35,636 nt of DNA from a virus (taxonomy: Duplodnaviria; Caudoviricetes). The notes beneath the pieces are model-generated. The model had not been told where the DNA came from. It was given only the letters and a program-made list of their open reading frames with translations, and made no database searches. The DNA lies in the IMG/VR virus record IMGVR_UViG_3300005837_001107, positions 1-35,636 of that record, one strand, 5' to 3'. Position 1 is the stretch's first letter; each line of letters starts with the position of its first letter. Below are positions 17,301 through 27,310 of the stretch, piece by piece. Both the position numbers and the translations under genes were made by a program.

Positions 17301-20300
17301 AGTCGTCCTAGAATTGCTGGGTTTTGCAGTGTCCCATTTAACTCTTCGCGAAAGACTGCGTGGCCAATCTCATGAGCCGCGGCCATAGCTTGAGCTGCTT
17401 CGTTAGTAACGTGTAAGTCATTCACCATAACTACGCCACCACCTTCGAACCCTTTAAAGAAGCCTTTTCGGTTTGGCTTACCGAACGAGTCTACGAAGTG
17501 ATTAGCTAGTTTTTCAGCCACAAGTGTTGAGTTAGTAATCGGCGCGAGCGCTTCGTACGCCGCGCGTCTGACTGCAGAGTGGCCCAATACTGCGTCACTC
17601 TTTACTTTACGAACCTGTGCGGCATAACCCTTATCAAGCAGGCCGTCTTTTTCAGCCTTACGGATAAACGCGCCGACCGCTTTCTTATCTGTTAGATCAA
17701 GCGTTTCTAGGGCTTTCATCGCTATCTTGCCGTTCGCGGTCTTCTTTTGTTTAGCTGGTATCAGGGCCGCAATCTGATCGCGCGTAGCAGCTTGGAAGCC
17801 TTTGAGACCTATTACTGCAATAGGTGTCTGGAGTTTGATCTTGCGAGACAAACGCCTTGTTAAGGCACTAACTGTTTCGCTCACACCTTCAAATGGGAAA
17901 GTAACAGCCCCCACAAGGTTTAATTTAGGTTTCGGCTTTCTATCGCTCTCTGGGCCCGTAGTTGGAGCTCGACCCAGCGGCCTGTTTTGAGTGCTATTTA
18001 CATTGCGCTCATCTTCAATATTCAGTGTAGTGAGGGGGATACCATCTTCCGTGCGCGCGTTGTTCGCAGCCATGTCGTATGGCTCAAGCGGATCACCTTG
18101 CTCTTGTTCTAGCGTTTGAGCTTCTTCTCGCGTCACAAGACGTGGCTCTGGGAAGACATCAATAACCTGTATACGTCTAATGTTATCGCGGACACGTGTA
18201 GCCGTTTCTGGCTTAGTCAGTAACCTTGTTATCTGCTGAAAGTGCGCGCGAGCCAGCGGGCTATTTTCGGTCTCGGGGTCCTTTTCTAATTCAACATTAT
18301 CGAATGGCCCAGAACGACCTGCTTCTAGGGGTGTAGGGTTAGGGTTATCCTCGCGGTCTTGAAACGAATCAAATGGTCCTTGGTTAGGACTTACGTCGCG
18401 CCGTTCTGTTGGTCTCTCTACTTCTGGTAGCTCATACAAACCTTGCTCGACAAGGCTTTCACCAATTCTGACGATTTCGTCTTCGGGTAGAGACCGCAGT
18501 TTTTCTATCAGCTCGCTAGGTTTTTCGTCGCCGCTAATACCAGCTAAACCGCCTGACTCCTGTTGCTGCCCAAACGTTTCGACTACTCGTACGTCATTAC
18601 CGAAGTCATCTGTAACTAATCTTTGAGATTGCTGTACAGGCGAATTTGGAGTTACTTCGACAAGCTCTTCTTCGGTCAACTCGTTTACTTTTAGGTCAGC
18701 GCGCTCCTGTGGAGTCAGCTGGCCGATAATGAAATCTAAATCCTCTCTGGCGAGTTTCGTGATCTGTTTAATGTACGCCTCGTACAAAGCCTCTGTCTTT
18801 ACGCGCGGGGGGCGCAACTTCCGAATATCACTTTCATCGACTTCAATGACTTGAGCTCTACGCAACTTTCGTCCGAGTTTGATAACGAATGGTTGGCCTA
18901 GGAGTTTGAGATTTCGAATAAACTGCGTGGGTCGCTGGTCAGGTTTGCCAGGGACGTAGTTCTTTAAAAGCGACTTCAAACGAATTGGCTTACCACCGCC
19001 ATCAAATGCAAGGACAATGTTGCCGTACGCGTCATCTAGACCCTTGCCACTATTCAGAGCTTCCATGATGGTCTGAAGCGGTACACCCTGAATATCTACC
19101 TCGTAACCACGCATCTGTAACTCACCCAACATTGCAAGAATGCCTTGCTGAGAAGACTGAAATGCGCCGCCACCCATAAACCCGCTTGCTGGGTCGTTAG
19201 ACTCAACGATGCGACGGCCTGAGTTCATGAGGTCAACAGGGTTTACTGCTACTGCTTTCTCCCTGTCAGGGGCTTTAACATTAACTGTTCTGAATTTGGG
19301 TAGGCTTTGTGCCGCCTTGTTCAAAGAGCGGGTAAGGAACTGCGATATAGATAGTTCTTGTTCTTCGCCTTTACCGTCTCGAAATCTAACCATCTGGGTT
19401 TCAGGCGTGGTTTCAATTTCAATGCGGAACGTGCCATCTGCATTTGGGCGAACCGTTACTATTTGATCTGGATTGGCCTTTTGGAGCTTGGAAGCGGTGT
19501 TAAGCAGGCTCTTACTCATACGAGCATTTAGAGGATTACTGAAGTCTGTTTCACCGAACATACTCTTGTAGTTCTCGCGAGCTTCATCAATCCCTTCGAA
19601 AGTATTGTCACCATCTACTCCCTGATAGCTTTCAAATACCTTCCCGTTGTTTACGAAGGTATGAACGCGTACCTCGGGTTCAAACTCGTTGTCACCAACT
19701 TGCTCGTTTGTATCTTGATCCTGTTCCATGATGTCGGCATCTTCATCCTCCATGAAACGTATATCTGGGTCTGCTCGGCGTGCACGATCAGCCAACCCTT
19801 CTTCGATAGACATAAACTCAACGCGCCCACCGTCAGGCATAATGTTTTCAGCGGCAGCTTTGGCCGCTTTAACGGCGTCCGGATCGAGCGTCACTGCCTC
19901 TTCGGAAACAATTCCACCGTCTTCGTCATATACGCGATAAACGTGCGTCTCTTGTCCAGTTTTTGCGTTGCTGTACCCCAAGGCAGATGCAAGAACTGAA
20001 TCAGATGCTTGCCCTTTAACAACATTTCTAACGACATCTATGTCTTGAGAAATGATCGTTCCGCGCCCTGGTACAAAAGCTGCGTATGCCACTTCACCAT
20101 TAATCGTAATGGCCCTAGGGGTAGTGCGTGTTGCGTAACGAGAGTCAGGCTCAGCACCCGCAATCCATACCGCTTCTTTGGAGCTACTTTTATTGAGCAT
20201 GGCTCGTAGCTGCGCATTGATATCTTGTTCGGATTCTTGAGAGGTTTGATCTGGATCTACATCGGCAGTTTCTGCAGTTGTTTGCGCACGCGTCATCGTC

Positions 20301-22042
20301 TCCTTTATGGAGTCGACCATATTTAAGGCTTTCTCAGCGACCTGTGCTCCCGCACCAATGATATTACTGTCGCCAACTTCAGCTAGTGTCTGCCTTGCAA
20401 GGCCAGTACTGCCTGCTAAAGAACCAGCTCCAAAGAAACCGACAAAACCTGCGTTTAATCTACGGAGATTTGCGTCTGCGTCCGTAAACGTATCGTCCAT
20501 AGACATACGGTTTCGGATTGCTAGCTCTTCTTGTGCGAGTTCAGCAGTGCCCTCAAGAGCACCACCTTTTATAAACTGCCCACCGAATTGAGTAGCTAAT
20601 CGACCCATTACTGAATCTGGGCCAGTGGATTTTTTAGCAGCTTGCTTGCTTATAAGGCTAACTAAACCTGCTTCACCCAAAACACCGATAGCTGCTTGTG
20701 GAACTGCCACGCCCATTGCGCGCAATGCGTTTGCCCGATCAAGTTCGCGACCTGACTCCAAAGCCTCCCCAACGTTAGACCCCGTTAGAGGGGCAAATTC
20801 AGAGGCCCCAGCGCCGCCAAGCGCGCCACGTTTCATTAAACGATTGCGTAAAAACTTATCTCGTTGGATAACATGCGCTTCTTGCAACGCTTCGTACGCG
20901 GCTTGTGCAATCTTCTGTTGATCTGGTGTCGCCTGTTTCTTAGCGGCCGCTTCTACAGAGTCTTGGACGATGTTCTTTACGGCATGCTTGCTAGCGCCTT
21001 TAAGGGCCTCTTTACCAAACAACATCGCCAAAGAGCCAACGCCAGCACCAGATATTGAGCTGACTACGCTTGGAACTAGCTGACCTGTTCCAGCAGAAAC
21101 TTGATCTAGAAAGCCTCCAACTGTTGGTGCATCTAAGAACTCACCGAACGTTTCCATGCCAGCTAAAGGTATACCCGCAAACTCTTCTGAAATACGTGCA
21201 TTCTCAATAGAGTCAGCTAATTCAGCTTTATCACCTTGTAGTGCATCTATTGCCGCCCCGAAATATGCAAAGTCTGAAAGTGTTTGCTCAGCGCCTTGCG
21301 CCATACCCCGACGGAACGTAGTGATTAAGTCGGTGGTACCCGTTGGGCCGATCGGGGTAGATGCAACTTGGTCGACGTTATCAGCTGTAACGCCTCCTGT
21401 AGTCCCCATAGAGTAGACTTCACCCATCAAGGCAGCATCAGTAGATGTTGCACCTGAGTTGTACGCCGCTTCGTTAACAGCTTGTGTGGTAGGCACAGGG
21501 GCCTGTGATGCGGGGGCGTTTACAAATTGCGCCACCCAATCTTGTGCCGCTGTGTCTCCCGTGCTTTTAATCTGAGGACCAAAAAACTTAGATATAGCGT
21601 CTTCTTCGGTAGCCGGAGTATTAGTTTGGGTATTACTTAAACCCCTCGCTTGAGACAATAAGGTCGGCGTATACATGCTAGTAGCATCTGGAGTTTCAAA
21701 CTGCACCATCGCCGCGATCATTCTTTCGCGAGTATCGGGGTTACTTAGATCAATCTTGTCATCGGGGTTGATACCCATCTTGTCCGCTACGAACTTAGCG
21801 TAGGCGGGCGTGGGGTTGTTATCTTCTGGCGGAGCAAACCTAAATATTGCCTCATTTAGGTTATCGATACCGTGCTTGGCTCCGTAGTTCTTTAGAACTA
21901 TGTCAGCCGCACGCAAACCACTTACGGGATCATCAAAAATCGCATAGTTGTTATCGTCTCCACCAGTCTGACCTTGCCAATCATTAGCTGGGTTGTAGCG
22001 GATGTTTAGCCAGTTATTGTTACGGACTCCGAGATTCGACAC
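14360..22042 (-). CDS. Giant internal virion / DNA-ejection protein with an N-terminal lysozyme-like domain and a zincin HExxH motif
   Basis: 2560 aa. GVRNNNWLNIR..F..PVSGLRA..IFRFAPPEDNN..Y N-terminus. AHEIGH (17360-17374) followed by FEEWYAD. C-terminal LVWQLKSF region with hydrophobic helices. Confidence 0.8.
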   Translation of the reverse strand: MSNLGVRNNNWLNIRYNPANDWQGQTGGDDNNYAIFDDPVSGLRAADIVLKNYGAKHGIDNLNEAIFRFAPPEDNNPTPAYAKFVADKMGINPDDKIDLSNPDTRERMIAAMVQFETPDATSMYTPTLLSQARGLSNTQTNTPATEEDAISKFFGPQIKSTGDTAAQDWVAQFVNAPASQAPVPTTQAVNEAAYNSGATSTDAALMGEVYSMGTTGGVTADNVDQVASTPIGPTGTTDLITTFRRGMAQGAEQTLSDFAYFGAAIDALQGDKAELADSIENARISEEFAGIPLAGMETFGEFLDAPTVGGFLDQVSAGTGQLVPSVVSSISGAGVGSLAMLFGKEALKGASKHAVKNIVQDSVEAAAKKQATPDQQKIAQAAYEALQEAHVIQRDKFLRNRLMKRGALGGAGASEFAPLTGSNVGEALESGRELDRANALRAMGVAVPQAAIGVLGEAGLVSLISKQAAKKSTGPDSVMGRLATQFGGQFIKGGALEGTAELAQEELAIRNRMSMDDTFTDADANLRRLNAGFVGFFGAGSLAGSTGLARQTLAEVGDSNIIGAGAQVAEKALNMVDSIKETMTRAQTTAETADVDPDQTSQESEQDINAQLRAMLNKSSSKEAVWIAGAEPDSRYATRTTPRAITINGEVAYAAFVPGRGTIISQDIDVVRNVVKGQASDSVLASALGYSNAKTGQETHVYRVYDEDGGIVSEEAVTLDPDAVKAAKAAAENIMPDGGRVEFMSIEEGLADRARRADPDIRFMEDEDADIMEQDQDTNEQVGDNEFEPEVRVHTFVNNGKVFESYQGVDGDNTFEGIDEARENYKSMFGETDFSNPLNARMSKSLLNTASKLQKANPDQIVTVRPNADGTFRIEIETTPETQMVRFRDGKGEEQELSISQFLTRSLNKAAQSLPKFRTVNVKAPDREKAVAVNPVDLMNSGRRIVESNDPASGFMGGGAFQSSQQGILAMLGELQMRGYEVDIQGVPLQTIMEALNSGKGLDDAYGNIVLAFDGGGKPIRLKSLLKNYVPGKPDQRPTQFIRNLKLLGQPFVIKLGRKLRRAQVIEVDESDIRKLRPPRVKTEALYEAYIKQITKLAREDLDFIIGQLTPQERADLKVNELTEEELVEVTPNSPVQQSQRLVTDDFGNDVRVVETFGQQQESGGLAGISGDEKPSELIEKLRSLPEDEIVRIGESLVEQGLYELPEVERPTERRDVSPNQGPFDSFQDREDNPNPTPLEAGRSGPFDNVELEKDPETENSPLARAHFQQITRLLTKPETATRVRDNIRRIQVIDVFPEPRLVTREEAQTLEQEQGDPLEPYDMAANNARTEDGIPLTTLNIEDERNVNSTQNRPLGRAPTTGPESDRKPKPKLNLVGAVTFPFEGVSETVSALTRRLSRKIKLQTPIAVIGLKGFQAATRDQIAALIPAKQKKTANGKIAMKALETLDLTDKKAVGAFIRKAEKDGLLDKGYAAQVRKVKSDAVLGHSAVRRAAYEALAPITNSTLVAEKLANHFVDSFGKPNRKGFFKGFEGGGVVMVNDLHVTNEAAQAMAAAHEIGHAVFREELNGTLQNPAILGRLSERFIRDRAKKGSTKQYKGKFGFEEWYADQIAAWIKKDMTKDKRGAKNAVDSHFKRIANRFKQLWRDVKNSAIFRRTNTVAPEFSTYMDSVMETREGTREVVANPIYDDDGNMVGSASAMGASQPTTEQAQEQRDELARQGAQTVRRRKQAKKNFTPRDEDGLLAAIAARGGISRESVERDGLRDYYRERVGSKFVFTNNGLSIDDMFTALQEAGWYNQNPKGAPNTQGGNDLLSDLVDALQQGQENPFYTPPKADLDPRFEERMQEQYEAATGGGQGGGTPPPPPPNIDGMPEPDEPPFEQKAFVKAIKEQINIETGAAALEAEFRKFLENFSREFANNNPWATQILGIIRTADGMLRMVGGDELADLFYVRSFDRSGLGFAQARQLARDKWRAGLFEVLGKDWTTDEVQDALKEAQSSTPTSELKNPKAVAVRNYLQRMHEDYIAPSNSEIDFRENYFPVLLELAEIAADPDTFIEMVVEANNAAGVETDMKALKKSVNRLVKYQAVVDQGGTPESEDILDPGAVAEASIELTKNIDRGLLRDTGYLMDPEVALMKYVDNVTKRVEWNRAMKGPNGEDKLGALLEEMTPREKEVAQSVINAYVGNVTHLSPFWRKTNSYLATMNLVTLLPFATLASIPDFAGSIVQTREFKGFGMAAKEIVNQIQNREQAKRLANDIGVVMPEAAANAWMSQADSDMLDPTARQATDKFFQWTGLQFLTTLSREFSTGMGKQFLIEHAYHPTERSERYLNQMGVTAEQVRAWNEGDQSFTTEEGEAVRAALQRFVESSVLRPNAGERPIWASDPRFALVWQLKSFIYAFNKVILDGVLREAHTRTFEGKGFVAAMGPLMVLTMAAFMPLAALGLELREYAKVGLSFALPGIDGSFRYLRSDQMDYGTYFIELFSRAGLDGPLGMLTMAQRSGDWGGSALATMLGPTAELVDKTLRDGPIDGAWSRMNSPQEQAGVILGVGAIARTVL

Positions 22043-22053
22043 GCAGTTACCTT

Positions 22054-24273
22054 CTATTTAGTGGCTTGTTTAGATAACTCTTCGTTTGCCAACGCCGCCT
22101 TTACAAGCAAATTAGCAACGATCTTGGAGTCCGCTTGTAGATCTTCAATATTTACAGACTCGCTACGCACACCTTCCTGATCCACGTAAGAGATAACTGA
22201 GGGTTTGCCGTTTTTCACCTGACCAATTCGTACAGCAGAGAGGTCAAACGAGAACGATCCATCTGCGTCTTTTCGGAAAAAATCAGCGTATTTCTCACCA
22301 AATTGGCCTACGTCTGAGTTCACTTTGGCCTGTAGGTATTGGTCGAGCATCAAATTGAGGTACTGCATACCAGCCGCACCGGATGTACCGCCTTGTGCGA
22401 GCTTAATCTTAGGTATGAAAGCGGAGATCTCTCGGCCAATCTTCAGAGCGGCTTCGTCATAATTACCCTTAAACCCTTCGGCGCTCCACTCACCATCGAC
22501 TTTAGCGCCCATGATGGCGTAAACCTTATCGAGGGAAGCATCACCTGCTTTAAGAATTTCAGGCATCGCTTCTATATCAAACTTTTTCAACTTAAAGTTC
22601 AGTTCATCGCGCTTAACTTGTGCAGTTCGCAGCGCCGCAACACCTTGTGCTTTCGCAGAATCCAATTGAGCTTGTTGTAATGTGCCAACGTCTTGATCGC
22701 CGCGGAATGCTAAGTTTTCGATCTTCTGTGCTAACGCCGCCTTATCTTTGGTTGATCCTTCAGCTGTTGAACCTAAGACCCAAGCCATCATTTCCAGCTC
22801 GTCGCGATTAACTTCACCTTTTCTAACGGCTTCTTCCAACTGTGCCTCGGTATCTATGCCGCGATTCTGCAAGAACGTCTTGATACCTTGCTTCTGCTCT
22901 TCGGTCGGCTGGGTGGTTTGGCTAAGAATGGCCTCTTTAACGTTCCCAGCTGTGAGCTCGAATGGTGGTGGAGCAATTACAGGATCATTGTAGGTAACCT
23001 GTCGGCCACTAACGCCAGTCCCTTTCGGCACTTGGCCTCCCTGAGATGGTTCTTCAGGTGAACCTTCAAACATTTGAGTAACACGATCAGAGGTAACAGG
23101 TACGCGTTGCTGATCGATCTCAGCTTCGTTAGCCTCTTTAGCCTCATCATAGTTAGGTGAGTCTTTAGCAAACTCATCAATGTCAGACATTCCGAAGAAT
23201 CTGCCGACTCCACTTGTTTTGAAGCTGTCATAAGCGCTACCGATCGCTTTCCCAGGCATGCTCATGGCATCGCTGGTAGCCGCTGCTACGCGGCCAGCTG
23301 TAGCATCCCAGATTCTGCTCATGTCTTGACCGCTGTTTAAGCGTTCAACGACGGTGTCCTTTTCTTCTTGGCTCAGCTCATTCCAACGTTCTTTTGTAAG
23401 CCCTGAATCAGTAAGTCTCTGTGCCAATGATCCAGCAGGATATTGATCACCTTCTTCAGCGCCTTTTTGTGGGGGATTTGCTTTCTTCCACGCTTCAAGT
23501 GCATTAGCTTCTGAAGTCTCTCTTAACTCTTTCTCATCTCCACCGATAGCTTTGTAAGCACCCAACAAAGCCTCTAAAGCCCCTGGCTCCTCCACGTCGA
23601 TCTTGTCAATCTCTGACGCGAAAGCAGACAGATCACTCTGCTTACTAATCTGAACCGAAGCTGCGTCTAAGACTTTTTGTTTAGCTTCGAGCGCCTGTAC
23701 CGCCTCTCTGCTACTCATCATCGTCGCGGTGTTTTCATTTCCACCTAGGGCAACAGCTTCTTGGTAGCGTGAGGTAACGTGCTTTTTAAGATCATCTCTA
23801 TCAAACACTACAGCCATTGATGTGCCGTCTGCATTTCGGGATTCTGTTAGCGGGACCTCTTCTCGAGCGCCTTCCAACATAACCATAGCGCCGTACGTGC
23901 CGTTACCGTTGTCGATAAATCGAGTAATCTTTGAGGGGACTTTAGTGCCGTCATCAAGCTCACTTCTTAAAATAGATTGAGCCGTGGGCGAGTTGTTGAA
24001 CATATCGACAACAATATCCATACGCCCATCGATGAGTTTGTCAGAGTCGGTCTGGTTCCAAGCTGTTGTTCGCGCACCAAGGTAAGCATCAACCTTTCCG
24101 ATTGTTGATTGGGCATCAACAACTCTCTGCTTATTCAGATGCACCTCGTTCGCGTTGTCTTGTTGCTCACGAGCAATACCAAGAGAAACTCTCTGACGGT
24201 TTCTGTTGTACTGCTGATCAGTAACGTTTTTCGCCGTCGTTAGTGCTGCTAGTGTTCCGTCCCATACTGACAT
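22054..24273 (-). CDS. Internal virion / ejection protein
   Basis: 739 aa, helical, Ala/Gln/Glu-rich and Cys-free. Lies directly before the giant ejection protein. Confidence 0.6.
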   Translation of the reverse strand: MSVWDGTLAALTTAKNVTDQQYNRNRQRVSLGIAREQQDNANEVHLNKQRVVDAQSTIGKVDAYLGARTTAWNQTDSDKLIDGRMDIVVDMFNNSPTAQSILRSELDDGTKVPSKITRFIDNGNGTYGAMVMLEGAREEVPLTESRNADGTSMAVVFDRDDLKKHVTSRYQEAVALGGNENTATMMSSREAVQALEAKQKVLDAASVQISKQSDLSAFASEIDKIDVEEPGALEALLGAYKAIGGDEKELRETSEANALEAWKKANPPQKGAEEGDQYPAGSLAQRLTDSGLTKERWNELSQEEKDTVVERLNSGQDMSRIWDATAGRVAAATSDAMSMPGKAIGSAYDSFKTSGVGRFFGMSDIDEFAKDSPNYDEAKEANEAEIDQQRVPVTSDRVTQMFEGSPEEPSQGGQVPKGTGVSGRQVTYNDPVIAPPPFELTAGNVKEAILSQTTQPTEEQKQGIKTFLQNRGIDTEAQLEEAVRKGEVNRDELEMMAWVLGSTAEGSTKDKAALAQKIENLAFRGDQDVGTLQQAQLDSAKAQGVAALRTAQVKRDELNFKLKKFDIEAMPEILKAGDASLDKVYAIMGAKVDGEWSAEGFKGNYDEAALKIGREISAFIPKIKLAQGGTSGAAGMQYLNLMLDQYLQAKVNSDVGQFGEKYADFFRKDADGSFSFDLSAVRIGQVKNGKPSVISYVDQEGVRSESVNIEDLQADSKIVANLLVKAALANEELSKQATK

Positions 24274-24284
24274 ATTGAGTTACC

Positions 24285-24872
24285 TTAGAATGCGAACGCA
24301 AAGATCGCGGCAGATGCTAAGCCGCCGATCGTGCTGTAAGTTTGTGCCTTGGAAGCGGCCTTCGCTGAGTCGTACGCGTTCTTACGCTGGGTGGCCGATT
24401 GAGCCGCTCCCTGCATCTGGCTCAAGGAAGAGCGGTTGACTCCTTGTCCAATGTTTACAAGGTCAGCAATAGCCGCTTGGTTAGTTTCTGTCTGTGCAAT
24501 TCGCGCGTCGTTTATTGATTGAGCTGCACCAAGAGTATTTGCTCGCTCCAAGCTACGCGCCTGCTCTTGAAGCTGCGCGGGGGTTAGATTAGTTCCGTAA
24601 CGCTCAGCATTACGTGCTACGACTCCCGTCATTAAGCCTGACGCGATTTCCGAGTTTTCCCGTGCAGAATCTATAAGGGTAGTGTCAGTCTGCGCTTGCT
24701 TTAAGAGCTTCTCTTCAAACGGCCGGTAATCCTGTACATACCTGTTGTAGTCATCACGAGTCATCTGGGCATAAGTTGCATCGGGGTCCGATACGGTTTG
24801 CAGGGTATTAACATAGTCCCGACCACCGTAATTTCCGTAACCTCGATAACTTCCAAGCGCGTTATATGACAT
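24285..24872 (-). CDS. Internal virion / ejection protein
   Basis: 195 aa, Ala/Gln-rich, with hydrophobic C-terminus IGGLASAAIFAFAF. Confidence 0.6.
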   Translation of the reverse strand: MSYNALGSYRGYGNYGGRDYVNTLQTVSDPDATYAQMTRDDYNRYVQDYRPFEEKLLKQAQTDTTLIDSARENSEIASGLMTGVVARNAERYGTNLTPAQLQEQARSLERANTLGAAQSINDARIAQTETNQAAIADLVNIGQGVNRSSLSQMQGAAQSATQRKNAYDSAKAASKAQTYSTIGGLASAAIFAFAF

Positions 24873-24883
24873 ATCGATGCTCC

Positions 24884-25534
24884 TTACTCAGGTAGTGGGT
24901 TGGTACCGAAATAATCGGTGTGGCTTAAACGGTTACCGAAACCTTGGACTTTTGAACCGTCTTTATTAACCGGAGTAAAGAATGAGCCTTTTACCTCGTT
25001 ACCTTTGGCGTCTTTACCTTTGGTCTTCATGTTCTTCGCACCTTGTACGATTGCAGAAGTAGCAATCTGCCCAAGTGCCGCTGTTTTCGCAGCGCGTTCT
25101 GTTTGCTTAGCTTTGGCTTGGGTCAATACCCTTGATGCGCCCATGTTGGCCGCGGCACCCATGCCGCTTTGCGCGTCACCAGCTTGCCCTCGAGCAACGC
25201 CGAGTACGCCGAGCTGTTTCTTGTTTCGGATATCGATCGCAGCCTGATCGGCATCCGCTAACTGAGCTTGGTACGCTTGTGCTAAATCGCCGCCATCCGC
25301 TCCCGATGCCGCGAGGTCATAATCAGCTTTTGCCGCAAGAGTCTGGAACGTGTCGGCGTTCGCACGTGCACGTAGAGTTTTATCAACCCTTTCATTCAAA
25401 GACTCATCTCGCATCTTTTTCAACAGCGGGTCGTATTGAACGTTGAAGTAGTCCTTCTCAGCTTTGGCCACCGCCGCCGACGCGATTTCTGCGGCTGACG
25501 GTTTGTAGTCTTGCTTCTTAGGTTTGCTGCTCAT
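24884..25534 (-). CDS. Internal virion / ejection protein
   Basis: Start moved to the ATG at 25534 (TAATG coupling). 216 aa, MSSKPKK N-terminus, Ala/Gly-rich. Confidence 0.6.
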   Translation of the reverse strand: MSSKPKKQDYKPSAAEIASAAVAKAEKDYFNVQYDPLLKKMRDESLNERVDKTLRARANADTFQTLAAKADYDLAASGADGGDLAQAYQAQLADADQAAIDIRNKKQLGVLGVARGQAGDAQSGMGAAANMGASRVLTQAKAKQTERAAKTAALGQIATSAIVQGAKNMKTKGKDAKGNEVKGSFFTPVNKDGSKVQGFGNRLSHTDYFGTNPLPE

Positions 25535-25989
25535 TACAGTTCTCTCGTATAAACCACAGTGTCTTTTTTCCAACCTTCAGCTAAGAAGTAATCTTCTAAA
25601 GCTGTTACAGGCGTTCTGGTTTCGATGTTCTTGAAACCGTTTTCTCTGGCTAGCTCCGCAAAAAATGGGAGGTACTTAATCGCGCAACTTTGTCCGCGGT
25701 TCTTGGCCCATGCCAACCAAAGTAAAAATGTCTTTGCCCCTGTAAACTCATCCACCTCAGCGGTGGTGATTACAAAGCCCTCTGGTGCTATCCAAAGGTG
25801 GGCTTCCCCGTTTAGACAAGCCGCATATACGTCTTCTGGTCTAAACGTAAGCTGAGGTTGCTCAGCTAAAATCTCTTCAATACCGCGTTTAACCCAAACC
25901 CATTCTTCACGCACTTGGGCAAAAGTCGGCTTATCCTCCGTTACCGTAGCGTCGACGCCTTGTGCGCCAAGGTCCTGACATACCGCCAT
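25534..25989 (-). CDS. GNAT-fold acetyltransferase-like virion assembly protein
   Basis: EDVYAACLNGEAHLW..GFVI..LLWLAW..FAELARENGFKNIE..GW. Lies immediately before the ejection genes, as T7 gp13 and P22 gp14 do. AGGAG RBS at 25989. Confidence 0.65.
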   Translation of the reverse strand: MAVCQDLGAQGVDATVTEDKPTFAQVREEWVWVKRGIEEILAEQPQLTFRPEDVYAACLNGEAHLWIAPEGFVITTAEVDEFTGAKTFLLWLAWAKNRGQSCAIKYLPFFAELARENGFKNIETRTPVTALEDYFLAEGWKKDTVVYTREL

Positions 25990-26611
25990 ATTTCACGCTC
26001 CTGCGAACTGCGGTGTCTGCATTACGCGCTCTGCGTTCTGCATCGGTGACACCTTGATTGAATAACTGCCCATAAATTGACGCGCTCTGTAGGTCCGACC
26101 AGTCCTTGTTTGGGATTCTTAATAGCCGGAATAAAGCTCCGTTAACGATCGTGTCTCGATAGTCGTTCATAACATCGTTATCGCAGGCTGTGCTCGTGTG
26201 TGTTGGTCTGAGAACAGCTCTAACGATCGTGCTACCTACAAGGGTGTCAGCTGGGATAGGTGCTAACAAAAAAGTCTCGGAGGTTTTCTGTACGAAATAC
26301 TCAGGGACGCCCGACTCTTCACGCCATTTGGGCAGACGCTGCTCAAGCAGGGTCGTGGTTAGAGGCTCTAAATCTTTACCCTTGTGTGTGACCCAAAGAA
26401 TTCTTCGGACAGATGTCCCAGCTGGAGTCTCTAAATCGTATTCGTAGATACCAGAAACAGTGGTAACTGGATCGAGCTCTACTTGGTACACATTTGCGCG
26501 CTCGCAAAGCTCAACTACTGCTGACCGAATGTTGCTCTCTATTAAAGTGTCGGGACACCCAGGAACCATCGGTAGTATTTCGGGGAGTAGCGCCTCATAA
26601 GTGATCGCCAT
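25931..26611 (-). CDS. Head-tail adaptor / tail tubular protein A-like
   Basis: LLPEILPMVPGCPD..SAVVELCE..GVPEYF..LLAPIP..IVNGALFRLL..W. Confidence 0.65.
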   Translation of the reverse strand: MAITYEALLPEILPMVPGCPDTLIESNIRSAVVELCERANVYQVELDPVTTVSGIYEYDLETPAGTSVRRILWVTHKGKDLEPLTTTLLEQRLPKWREESGVPEYFVQKTSETFLLAPIPADTLVGSTIVRAVLRPTHTSTACDNDVMNDYRDTIVNGALFRLLRIPNKDWSDLQSASIYGQLFNQGVTDAERRARNADTAVRRSVKYGGMSGPWRTRRRRYGNGG

Positions 26612-26614
26612 ACT

Positions 26615-27301
26615 TTATGCTCCCATTTGCGCTCTGCGTTCAATGTTTGGGTTAGTAATCGCGTCTATTTGGCCTTTGCCCGTGACCGATGCAGTAAATA
26701 ACTGGTAGTGGCTTCCCGCGCGTTGTTGGTTACCTGCGAACTCAGCATCTTTCATGTAAGCCATGTATAAGACGTAGTTCATTACTGCATTAGCAAATAT
26801 GTCGGGGACGGACAGATTGTCCGATAACGCAACTGTCGCTGGGTTAGCCGAGTAAACTAACTCGACATACGCATTGCCACTGACCCCAGGATAGACGTAA
26901 AAATTTCTAGGGTTAGATTCTTCATACGAGTAGTGTTTAACGACATTTGTATGAGCCGCATCGCCTGATACAGATGGGTCGTGCCAATTAGGGCTCTGCG
27001 AATCCAAGACAGCAAGATCTACAAGCCTAATTGCACGTGCTCCTGTACCACCGCTAGCGGCAGACATGTTGCGAACAACCTTTAACAGCCTGTTACCCGC
27101 CGATGGGATCTCTTGTTTTGTGCCTGTGGCGAGCGTGACAGTGGTGTTTACAGCACTAGCATCAGGTTTTAGGAGTGCAATCTCACGTTGTGCGTCGTTG
27201 ATCCACAAAACAAGCTCGCCAGTAACGGGCCATCTGACGCCAGTAGTATCTTGTAAAACCGCTTGAACTCTATCGACAACGCTTTGGACTGTTACTGACA
27301 T
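26615..27301 (-). CDS. Head-tail adaptor (DUF6682-like)
   Basis: VVDRVQAVLQD..VRW..ELVLWINDAQREIA..FYVYP..AVMNYVLYMAYMKD. Confidence 0.7.
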   Translation of the reverse strand: MSVTVQSVVDRVQAVLQDTTGVRWPVTGELVLWINDAQREIALLKPDASAVNTTVTLATGTKQEIPSAGNRLLKVVRNMSAASGGTGARAIRLVDLAVLDSQSPNWHDPSVSGDAAHTNVVKHYSYEESNPRNFYVYPGVSGNAYVELVYSANPATVALSDNLSVPDIFANAVMNYVLYMAYMKDAEFAGNQQRAGSHYQLFTASVTGKGQIDAITNPNIERRAQMGA

Positions 27302-27310
27302 CTTGTATAC

